DNA of 55,053 nt, taken from positions 1,203 through 56,255 of the forward strand of contig CAZPEY010000003.1 in NCBI GenBank assembly GCA_964585665.1, read 5' to 3'. This document shows, piece after piece, positions 19,970 to 27,035 of the stretch. Source of the stretch: an uncultured Polyangiaceae bacterium. Its GTDB lineage: Bacteria > Myxococcota_A > Polyangia > Palsa-1104. The notes under the pieces were generated by a model. It saw only the letters and a list, made by a program, of their open reading frames with translations, ran no database searches and was not told the origin of the DNA. Each line of letters starts with the position of its first letter. Position 1 is the stretch's first letter. A program made the translations under genes and the position numbers.

Positions 19970-20884
19970 GTGTGCTCTCACCTCCACTTCATTCCGATCG
20001 CGGTCTGGCTCGTCTCGGCGGGCGCGCTCGGAGCCTGTAACGCGCCACCGTCGTCGCCTCCCCCTGCAGCCACGTCGAAGAGACCGCACCCGGAGACGCC
20101 GGGGGGCAGGGTGGTGGCGACGGTCAACGGCAAGAGCCTCACCGAGCTCGACTTGATGACCAAGCTCAAGACCGACAGCCACCAGGACGAGCTGCGCCCC
20201 GAGTATCGCAAGAACGTGCTCGAGCTCCTCGTTCGCGACGAGCTCGTCCATCAAGAGGTCGTGCGCCTCGGGCTCGACTCCGATCCTGCCTTCGCCGAGC
20301 CGGTGCGACGGATGGAGGCTCAGCTCGCGCAGCTCCGCCGCAACAAGGCGGCGGAGGTCTATTTCCGCGCCGAGATCATGGGCAAGGTCGAGGTGACCGA
20401 AGAGGACGCGCGGCGCTTTTTCGAGGAGCAGAAGGCGCGGCTCGGCACCGAGCTGCATCTGCTCCAGATCCTGCGGCGTTCGCGGGCGTCAATCGACGAA
20501 GCCAAGGCAGCGCTCGATGCTGGCAAGCGGTTCGAGGAGGTCGCGCAGCAGGACCTCGTCGGCGTGTCGCCCGAGCAGCGTGCGTGGGACCTCGGCTACC
20601 TGCGCTGGGCGCAGATCCCCGAGGCCTGGCAGCCCGTCGTCGAGAAGCTCAAGCCGGGTGAGACGAGCGGTGTCCTCGCCGGCCCCAAGGATCGCTTCTG
20701 GATCATCAAGCTCGTCGAGCGCCGTGCGACGACGCCGGACTTCGCCGTCGAGAAGGCTGGGCTCATCGCCACGCTCAAGGCGCGCCGCATCGAGGCGCTC
20801 CGGACGGAGCGAGAGCAGGCGCTGCGCAAGCAGGCGACCATCGTCATCCCCGAGGTCAGTGCACCTCCCGCACCCGCAAACTAG
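19970..20884 (+). CDS. Peptidyl-prolyl cis-trans isomerase lipoprotein (SurA/PrsA-like N-terminal region plus a PpiC/parvulin domain)
   Basis: GTG start and lipobox ALGAC. The chaperone-like N-terminal part contains VATVNGKSLTELDL. The parvulin-like block is LHLLQILRRSRASIDEAKAALDAGKRFEEVAQ...WDLGYLRWAQIPEAWQPVVEKLKPGETSGVL. Confidence 0.78.
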   Translation: MCSHLHFIPIAVWLVSAGALGACNAPPSSPPPAATSKRPHPETPGGRVVATVNGKSLTELDLMTKLKTDSHQDELRPEYRKNVLELLVRDELVHQEVVRLGLDSDPAFAEPVRRMEAQLAQLRRNKAAEVYFRAEIMGKVEVTEEDARRFFEEQKARLGTELHLLQILRRSRASIDEAKAALDAGKRFEEVAQQDLVGVSPEQRAWDLGYLRWAQIPEAWQPVVEKLKPGETSGVLAGPKDRFWIIKLVERRATTPDFAVEKAGLIATLKARRIEALRTEREQALRKQATIVIPEVSAPPAPAN

Positions 20885-20925
20885 AAAAAGATCAACCTTG
20901 GTTCCGCGGATGCGGATCTGCGACG

Positions 20926-22260
20926 ATGAAGGCCATGCCTCGTCATCCTCGTCGCGGTAGGCTCGTTCACTTCAAGCATCCTCACGACGAGCGGCCGATC
21001 GTCGTCGGTGCGTGCCACATGGATCCCGAGGACGGCGACTACGAGCACTACGGGGCGCACCACGACTCGGCGCTCCGCGTGCCGAACTTCGTCGACCTGC
21101 GCGCTCACATGACGCCGATCGAGGATCAGGGCGACATCGGCAGCTGCACGGCCAACGCGCTGGCTGGCGCGCTCGAGTACCTGCAGAAGCGAACGCGCGG
21201 CGACTTCGTCGACGTTTCGCGCTTGTTCATCTACTACAACGAGCGCGACCTCAACGGCGAGACCCACGAGGACTGTGGCGCCAACCTCGACCTCGGCATC
21301 CAGACCCTCAAGGCCGAGGGCGCTTGCGCCGAGGATCTGTGGCCCTACGACATCAAGAAGGTGCTGCGCAAGCCGCGGGAAGAGGCCTACGCCGCGGCGA
21401 CGAACCACACGATCGACGAGGCGCGGCGCGTGCCGATCGAGCTCGATGCGATGCGCCACTGCCTCGCCGAGGGCTACCCGATCATCTTCGGTCTACAGGT
21501 CTACGACTCCTTCCAGGAGGACGGACAAAAGAACCGGGGCCGAATTCGCATGCCTCACCCCAAGCGCAACGAGCACGCCGGCGGACACGCCATGCTCGTC
21601 GTCGGCTACTCCGACGAGGACGAGGTCTTCGTCGTGCGCAACTCGTGGGGACCCAAGTGGGGCGACAAGGGCTACTGCTACATCCCGTACGCGTACATGT
21701 CCGACGGAGACTACGCGCACGACCTGTGGACGATCCGCCGCGCTCACAATCTCGACTTCACCAAGGGGATCGGCGGCACGCCGAACGCGCGCGGCGAGAG
21801 CCAGACGACGTTCTTCCCGAACATCACCTCGCTCATCATGTCGATCGGCTCGGCCCTCGCCGGCGGCAAGCAACCCGAGGAGGTCATGGAAGCTGCACAG
21901 ACCGAGGGGTTGAGGGAGGAGTCCATCGCCACCGACGAGGAGGAGGGCGATCAGGAGACGGCCAAGCTTGAGGCGGACATCGAGCGGCTCAACCGCGAGA
22001 TCGCCGAGACGGAGGCTGAGCTGGCGCGGCTCGAGGCCGAGGGCGACGGGGAGGAGTCGGACGAAGACGAGTCAGACGACGAGTCGGACGACGACGAGTC
22101 GGACGAAGAGTCGGACGAAGACGAGTCAGACGACGAGTCGGACGACGACGAGTCGGACGAAGAGTCGGACGACGACGAGTCGGACGAAGAGTCGGACGAC
22201 GAGGACGAAGACGACGACGAGGACGAGGACGACGAGGACGACGAGGACGAAGACGACTAG
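20926..22260 (+). CDS. Papain-like (C1 family) cysteine peptidase with a coiled-coil segment and a poly-acidic Glu/Asp/Ser C-terminal tail
   Basis: Catalytic-site blocks are QGDIGSCTANA (Cys), HAGGHAMLVVGY (His) and VVRNSWGPKWGDKGY (Asn). No signal peptide is evident. The last roughly 69 residues consist only of E, D and S. Confidence 0.85.
   Translation: MKAMPRHPRRGRLVHFKHPHDERPIVVGACHMDPEDGDYEHYGAHHDSALRVPNFVDLRAHMTPIEDQGDIGSCTANALAGALEYLQKRTRGDFVDVSRLFIYYNERDLNGETHEDCGANLDLGIQTLKAEGACAEDLWPYDIKKVLRKPREEAYAAATNHTIDEARRVPIELDAMRHCLAEGYPIIFGLQVYDSFQEDGQKNRGRIRMPHPKRNEHAGGHAMLVVGYSDEDEVFVVRNSWGPKWGDKGYCYIPYAYMSDGDYAHDLWTIRRAHNLDFTKGIGGTPNARGESQTTFFPNITSLIMSIGSALAGGKQPEEVMEAAQTEGLREESIATDEEEGDQETAKLEADIERLNREIAETEAELARLEAEGDGEESDEDESDDESDDDESDEESDEDESDDESDDDESDEESDDDESDEESDDEDEDDDEDEDDEDDEDEDD
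22057..22191 (+). repeat. Perfect 54-bp coding tandem repeat, 2.5 copies, inside the acidic tail
   Basis: 22057-22110 and 22111-22164 are identical (tcggacgaagacgagtcagacgacgagtcggacgacgacgagtcggacgaagag). 22165-22191 repeats the second half of the unit. Confidence 0.95.
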
Positions 22261-22267
22261 CGTCGCC

Positions 22268-23158
22268 TCACGCGGCCGCGAGGAAGCGCAAGCTGCCCGT
22301 GTGCCGCGCCTCGTAGCCCGACACCTCGGCCAGCGCCCGCCGGAAGCCCCGCGATTGCGCCGTCTCGCACAAGCGGACGATCTCTGACCGCCCCAGATCG
22401 GCGGCGCGCACCATCAAGCCGTAAGGCTCGGCGAGCAGCGGCTTGAACGTCAGCCCGAGCTCCGCCGCCCACGCGCTCGATGCCAACCCGATGTCCGCGT
22501 CGCCGCGCGCCACGGCGCAGACGACTTGCCGGTGTGACGGCAGGAGCAAGGCCCGCTCGTGGAGCAGCGCAGGATCGATGCCGGCGCGCCGCAGCGCCGC
22601 GTCGAGGTAGTCGCGCACGCCCGCCGTCGAGGGCCGACTGGCCCACCGCAGCTTCGACATCTCCGGCAACGCCGCGATGCGCCCGCGACGGCGAACCAAC
22701 CCGATCTCGCGATCGACGAGGTGCAGCCAGGCGAACCGCTCCTGCTCCCCATGCCCGATGGCTTCGTGACCGTGAACCCCAGTGGCCAGCACCGATCGTC
22801 GCTGCAAGAGCGACAGCCCCGTACCTCGGTCGGCTTGCACGAAGCCCATGGTCGCGCCGCCCACCTCCCCCGCATGTCGCAGCAAGAGCTCGACGGCGAG
22901 GTCGCCGTTGGCCGCGATGAGGGGCGGCGGCAGAGCCCCTGTGGCGCCCACGGACGGGTCGCTCGACGGTCCGCCCTGGCCGCGAACCTCCGCCCACGCC
23001 AGCACCGCCGCGCGCTCGAACAGCCACTTGCCGCCAACGCGCTTGGCCGGCAAGCCGCGGTGCAGCAGGCGGTACACGTGCTTCGGATGGATCCGCAGCA
23101 GCTCGGCCACCTCGGCGCTCGTCAAGAGGGTGGACATCTGAGTAACCATTCTCTTCAA
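22268..23158 (-). CDS. Transcriptional regulator with an excisionase/MerR-type HTH fused to a periplasmic-binding-protein-like (COG1910-type) ligand domain
   Basis: N-terminal LLTSAEVAELLRIHPKHVYRLLHRGLPAKRVGGKWLFERAAVLAW is an excisionase-family HTH. The rest resembles the molybdate/oxyanion-binding PBP-like domain that is commonly fused to this HTH. ATG at 23137 is an alternative start. Confidence 0.78.
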   Translation of the reverse strand: MKRMVTQMSTLLTSAEVAELLRIHPKHVYRLLHRGLPAKRVGGKWLFERAAVLAWAEVRGQGGPSSDPSVGATGALPPPLIAANGDLAVELLLRHAGEVGGATMGFVQADRGTGLSLLQRRSVLATGVHGHEAIGHGEQERFAWLHLVDREIGLVRRRGRIAALPEMSKLRWASRPSTAGVRDYLDAALRRAGIDPALLHERALLLPSHRQVVCAVARGDADIGLASSAWAAELGLTFKPLLAEPYGLMVRAADLGRSEIVRLCETAQSRGFRRALAEVSGYEARHTGSLRFLAAA

Positions 23159-23188
23159 ATTGTCACAGCAAGCAACTATCTTCTACCA

Positions 23189-24490
23189 GTGCTACCACGC
23201 CACGCTCCTTCGCTTGGGCTCTGCACAGCGCTCGCTGTGGTGCTCTTCCATGTCCCCCGCGCTGACGCGCAGCCTTGTCCCGCGTCGCCCCCGAGCTGCG
23301 ACGACGCCTCCGCGATCGCGAATCCCGTGTACGTCCTCGCTGCCGACACGCAGGTCCCGGTGCTGCACAGACTCGGAAAGCGACTGCGCAGCGACGCGAA
23401 CCCGATGACGGTCGTCTACGTGCCGAACGGCTCGTGCACGAACCTCGCAAGCCTCTACGCGCAGCCACCCAGGCTCGCCGTCGGTGTCGGCGGCGGGCCG
23501 TACTACGTCCCGGCCGACCCTGCATTCGACCCGGCCTCCAAGACAGCGTGCGCCTGCACACCGCCAGCGACGGAGCTGCAGCCAGATCTCGCGATCACGA
23601 TCGTCGTGCCCGATGCCAAGAGTTGCCCGAGTGCTCCGGCCAAGCCGCCGGGGATCGCGACGACGCGCGGGCCGGTCCAGGCGATGACGTTCGTCGTGCC
23701 GTTCGACACCGCCACCAGCGTCGGCTCGTCGCAGCGCGCGATCACCGCCGAAGAGGCGTACCTCGTGTTCGGCCTCGGTCCGACCAAGGCGATGGTCGCG
23801 CCCTGGCTCGATCCGACCTACCTCTATGGGCGCCCGGCCTCGAAGGGGACGCAGATCAGCATCGGTGAGAACATCGGCGTCCCAGCCGCCAAGTGGAAGC
23901 TGCTCGCCGACCCCGAGCACCAGATCGATCAATCCTCCGCGCTGGCCGCGCAGCTCGGCTCGCTGGCAACCGATCCGAACGCCGAGAAGGCGCTCGGCAT
24001 CCTGGGCACCGAGATCTACGACAAGGCCGCCAACCGCGCCAAGCTGCACGCCCTCGCCTTCCGCGCCTTCGGGCAGAAGCGTGCGTACTGGCCGGATCGA
24101 GCCCCGACGACCTTCGACAAGCAGAACGTGCGAGACGGCCACTACCCGCTGTGGTCGTACGTACACTACCTGGCTCCCAGCGACGGCAGCGGCAAGGCGC
24201 TCAAGGCTTCGGCGCAGACCCTCATCGATGCGCTCATCGGCAGCAGCGCGACCTTCAGCCCCGCCTTCGAGCCGCTCGACGACGTGATCGCGAGCGGGCT
24301 CGTACCGATCTGTGCAATGAAGGTGCAGCGCTCGACCGAGGGCGGCGAGCTGTCGCCGTACGAGGACACGGCGCCCTGCGGTTGCTACTTCGAGGCCAAG
24401 GTCTCTGGCGCATCGACCTGCACGCCGTGCAGCGTGAGCAGCCCGTGCACGACTGGCGTCTGCCGCCACGGCTACTGCGAGGTGAGGTGA
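23189..24490 (+). CDS. Secreted PstS/PBP_like_2-type substrate-binding protein with a Cys-rich C-terminal tail
   Basis: The GTG start gives the signal peptide MLPRHAPSLGLCTALAVVLFHVPRADA. PBP-like blocks are VVYVPNGSCTNLASL, GRPASKGTQISIGENIG and DGHYPLWSYVHYLAP. The tail is APCGCYFEAKVSGASTCTPCSVSSPCTTGVCRHGYCEV. The upstream part of ORF 22559.. is antisense to the regulator gene. Confidence 0.65.
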   Translation: MLPRHAPSLGLCTALAVVLFHVPRADAQPCPASPPSCDDASAIANPVYVLAADTQVPVLHRLGKRLRSDANPMTVVYVPNGSCTNLASLYAQPPRLAVGVGGGPYYVPADPAFDPASKTACACTPPATELQPDLAITIVVPDAKSCPSAPAKPPGIATTRGPVQAMTFVVPFDTATSVGSSQRAITAEEAYLVFGLGPTKAMVAPWLDPTYLYGRPASKGTQISIGENIGVPAAKWKLLADPEHQIDQSSALAAQLGSLATDPNAEKALGILGTEIYDKAANRAKLHALAFRAFGQKRAYWPDRAPTTFDKQNVRDGHYPLWSYVHYLAPSDGSGKALKASAQTLIDALIGSSATFSPAFEPLDDVIASGLVPICAMKVQRSTEGGELSPYEDTAPCGCYFEAKVSGASTCTPCSVSSPCTTGVCRHGYCEVR

Positions 24491-24491
24491 C

Positions 24492-24734
24492 ATGCGAACG
24501 CTCGCTCGATGCGCGCTCCCGCTCGTCGTCGCACTCGCTTGTGGCGCCTGCCCTTCTGGCGCCAGCAGATCCATCGACCTCGGCGGGCAGACGACCGATC
24601 TGGCGCCGAGCTGTGTCGTCACGCCGACGAGCCACCTCGAGCTTCTCAACGCCTGCACCAACGCCGAGAGCTTCGACAAGCAGCCCTTCTATCCAACCCT
24701 CGCCCCCGACGGCGAGCTGCCGCCGCTCCCGTGA
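24492..24734 (+). CDS. Small (80 aa) lipoprotein
   Basis: The ATG lies 1 nt after the upstream stop codon and is preceded by GAGGTGAGG. Signal peptide with lipobox VVALACGAC. Confidence 0.55.
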   Translation: MRTLARCALPLVVALACGACPSGASRSIDLGGQTTDLAPSCVVTPTSHLELLNACTNAESFDKQPFYPTLAPDGELPPLP

Positions 24735-24741
24735 GCTTTTC

Positions 24742-26169
24742 GTGACCAGAACGTTCGCGCTCCTCGTCGCTGCCCTCTGCTGGTGTCACATCGCCGGCGC
24801 CGATCCGGCGCCGCAAGATCCGCCGCCTGTCAGCGAGATCGCCGACGGCCGCGAGATTCGAGAGATCCGCGTGCGCCTCGATGAGCAGCAGCGACAGCTC
24901 GCCGAGCAGCAGCGACAGCTCGCCCTCCAGGCGGCCGAGATCGATCGTCTGCGCAGCGTTCAGGACGCCACCCGCTCGCTGCCGCTGCTGTTTCGCACGG
25001 GAGGGCTCGCTGTCCAGCTCTCGGGCTTCCTACAGGCCGATGTCGTCGCCTATCACGCCGCATCCGTCGATGAGCTCAACCCCGCCTCTGGCGAGCCGCT
25101 CAACGAGACGCGCTTCCTGCTCAGCCGCGCCCGCCTGCGGCTCGACGTTGAGTACCGCTGGATCTCCGGGTCGCTCGAGATCGACGGCAATACGGTACAC
25201 GGCGCCACCGTGCGCATCTTGAACGGTGATGTCTCCGCGCGCTGGGCCGCTCCTGGCGCCGAGGTTCCGTACCTCATGGCGTCGATCGGGCTGCTCCGCA
25301 TTCCGTTCGGCTGGGAGGTGCAGGAACGAGATTTCGTGCGTCTCTTCTTGGAACGGTCGAACGTGATTCGAGCCTTCTTCCCCGGCGAGTTCGACCTCGG
25401 CGCGCGCCTGCAAGGCGGCTGGCGCTTCTTCCGCTACCAGATCGCGGCGATGAACGGCCAGCCAGTCGGTGCGCGCCAGTTCGCCGCGCGCGATCCCAAC
25501 CGCTCCAAGGATCTGGTCGGTCGCCTCGGTGTCGAGGCCCGGATCACGCCTCGCTGCACCCTCGCGATCGGGCTCTCGGGCCTCTATGGACAGGGCTTTC
25601 ATAGCGGGACGCCGGCGACCAAGAACACGCTCGTCTGGAGCGACGCCAACTTCGATGGCCAGGTCGAGCCGACCGAGCTCGTCGGCGTGGCCGGCCTCCC
25701 CGCCACCCCCTCGCGGAGCTTCTCGCGCTACGCGTTCGGCGGCGATCTGCGCCTCGCCGCCGAGCTGCCGCGTCTCGGCGAGCTGGTGATCTACGGCGAG
25801 GCGATCGTCGCGCGCAATCTCGACCGGGGCCTCGCGATGGCCGATCCGGTGAGCGCCGGCCGCGCGCTGCGCGAGCTCGGCTGGTACCTCGGCGTCACGC
25901 AGGCGCTGACGCGCTGGGCGGCGATCGGCGTTCGCTACGACCAGTACAACCCCGACCTCGACTCGACCGATCGCAGCGGCGCGCGAATCGTGCCGCGGGA
26001 CAAGCGCTACACCACGCTGGCCATCGCCGTCGCGGCCGTCTATGCGCCGTACGCTCGCCTCGTCGTCGAGTACGATCGTCACACCAACGCGCTCGGGCGA
26101 GCAGCGTCCGGGGCGCCAGCGACGCTCGGCGCCAACGTGCTGACGATCCGAGCCCAGGTGACGTACTGA
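24742..26169 (+). CDS. Outer-membrane porin, OprO/OprP-like (phosphate-selective porin family)
   Basis: The GTG start gives the signal peptide VTRTFALLVAALCWCHIAGA. An N-terminal Gln-rich coiled coil (EQQRQLAEQQRQLALQAAEIDRL) is followed by a long amphipathic beta-strand pattern. The C-terminus ends in an aromatic residue (IRAQVTY). Confidence 0.62.
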   Translation: MTRTFALLVAALCWCHIAGADPAPQDPPPVSEIADGREIREIRVRLDEQQRQLAEQQRQLALQAAEIDRLRSVQDATRSLPLLFRTGGLAVQLSGFLQADVVAYHAASVDELNPASGEPLNETRFLLSRARLRLDVEYRWISGSLEIDGNTVHGATVRILNGDVSARWAAPGAEVPYLMASIGLLRIPFGWEVQERDFVRLFLERSNVIRAFFPGEFDLGARLQGGWRFFRYQIAAMNGQPVGARQFAARDPNRSKDLVGRLGVEARITPRCTLAIGLSGLYGQGFHSGTPATKNTLVWSDANFDGQVEPTELVGVAGLPATPSRSFSRYAFGGDLRLAAELPRLGELVIYGEAIVARNLDRGLAMADPVSAGRALRELGWYLGVTQALTRWAAIGVRYDQYNPDLDSTDRSGARIVPRDKRYTTLAIAVAAVYAPYARLVVEYDRHTNALGRAASGAPATLGANVLTIRAQVTY

Positions 26170-27035
26170 TGCGCCGCGCCCGGTTCGCCGCCCTGGCGCC
26201 TCGCTTCTCGGCGACGCTGCTCCTGGTGTCGACGCTCATCGCCTGCCAGCAGGCCTCGACCGATCCGGGCAGCGCCGCTTGGTTGCGCGTCGCAGGCGCG
26301 CAGTATGTTCCGGCGTCGCTCCCCGCTGCTGACGGCGGCCCCGAGATCGTGGCGCTCAGCCTCGCGGACGGCACGATCTTCGCGGGCGCGATCGATCGAC
26401 CGCTGCTCGGGACCCTGCCGAGTGACGCCACCGCCGCCGCGATCGGGCTGCGCGGGGATCGCGGCTATTTCCTCGTGCCGGCTGGCATCCCCGACACCGA
26501 GACGCCGACGCTGCCCAGCCTGTCGGCCCGCCTGTCGTTCAGCCTCGACCTGCCCCCGGGAGAGGCGCTGCTCCTCGTCAGCGCCGTGGATGCACGCGGT
26601 CGCTTCGGCCCACCGCGCTCGCTCGCGCTCTCCGTCGCGCCGGCGCCCCCGCCATCCGGGCGCTTGCTGTTCCGCCTCGCCTGGCCGGACCCGGTCGATC
26701 TCGATCTGCACGTCGTCGAGCCGAGCGGCGCCGAGGTCTGGGCCGGCGCGCGCAGCGCCGACGGCGCGATCGACGTCGACGTCAGCTCGCAGTGCGCGGT
26801 CGGTGGGCTGGGCCGCGAGACGATCCGCTACCCGCTCGAGGCGCCGCCCGGCCGCTATCTGGTGCGCGTCGACACCTTCTCGCTGTGCGCACGAACGCAG
26901 GCGGCCTGGTTCGTCGACGTGTTTGTCGACGGCGCGTGGCGCACCGGCGCGAGCGGTATCGCGACCGAGGCGGACACGCGGGGCCCGCATGGCCAGGGTG
27001 CCGGCCTGCTCGCGCTCGAGCTCGAGCTGCCGTGA
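26169..27035 (+). CDS. Lipoprotein with a C-terminal DUF2135/YfaP-like domain
   Basis: The start overlaps the porin stop (TGATG). Lipobox TLIAC. The block LLFRLAWPDPVDLDLHVVEPSGAEVW...GRETIRYPLEAPPGRYLVRVDTF resembles the DUF2135 signature as I recall it. Confidence 0.62.
   Translation: MRRARFAALAPRFSATLLLVSTLIACQQASTDPGSAAWLRVAGAQYVPASLPAADGGPEIVALSLADGTIFAGAIDRPLLGTLPSDATAAAIGLRGDRGYFLVPAGIPDTETPTLPSLSARLSFSLDLPPGEALLLVSAVDARGRFGPPRSLALSVAPAPPPSGRLLFRLAWPDPVDLDLHVVEPSGAEVWAGARSADGAIDVDVSSQCAVGGLGRETIRYPLEAPPGRYLVRVDTFSLCARTQAAWFVDVFVDGAWRTGASGIATEADTRGPHGQGAGLLALELELP

Noticed and set aside
20899-20913. Sigma-54-like sequence TGGTTC-cgcgg-ATGC just upstream of the C1 peptidase ATG
   Set aside because: It keeps GG-N10-GC spacing but has three mismatches in the conserved CAC/TTGC positions. 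By eye it cannot be told apart from chance in GC-rich DNA. It is worth scoring with a position weight matrix.
22051-22257. Highly repetitive GAC/GAG/TCG tract considered as a possible CRISPR-like or satellite array
   Set aside because: The repeats are contiguous with no spacers, in frame, and encode the Glu/Asp/Ser tail of the peptidase. It is a coding tandem repeat.
22559-23188. Upstream 210 codons of the 643-aa ORF that contains the PstS-like gene
   Set aside because: This part is antisense to the HTH-PBP regulator and is Arg-rich. A GTG at 23189 yields a proper signal peptide, so the gene was trimmed. The same logic applies to ORFs 23893.., 26792.., 29251.., 34321.., 37419.., 38670.., 43935.. 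and 48083..
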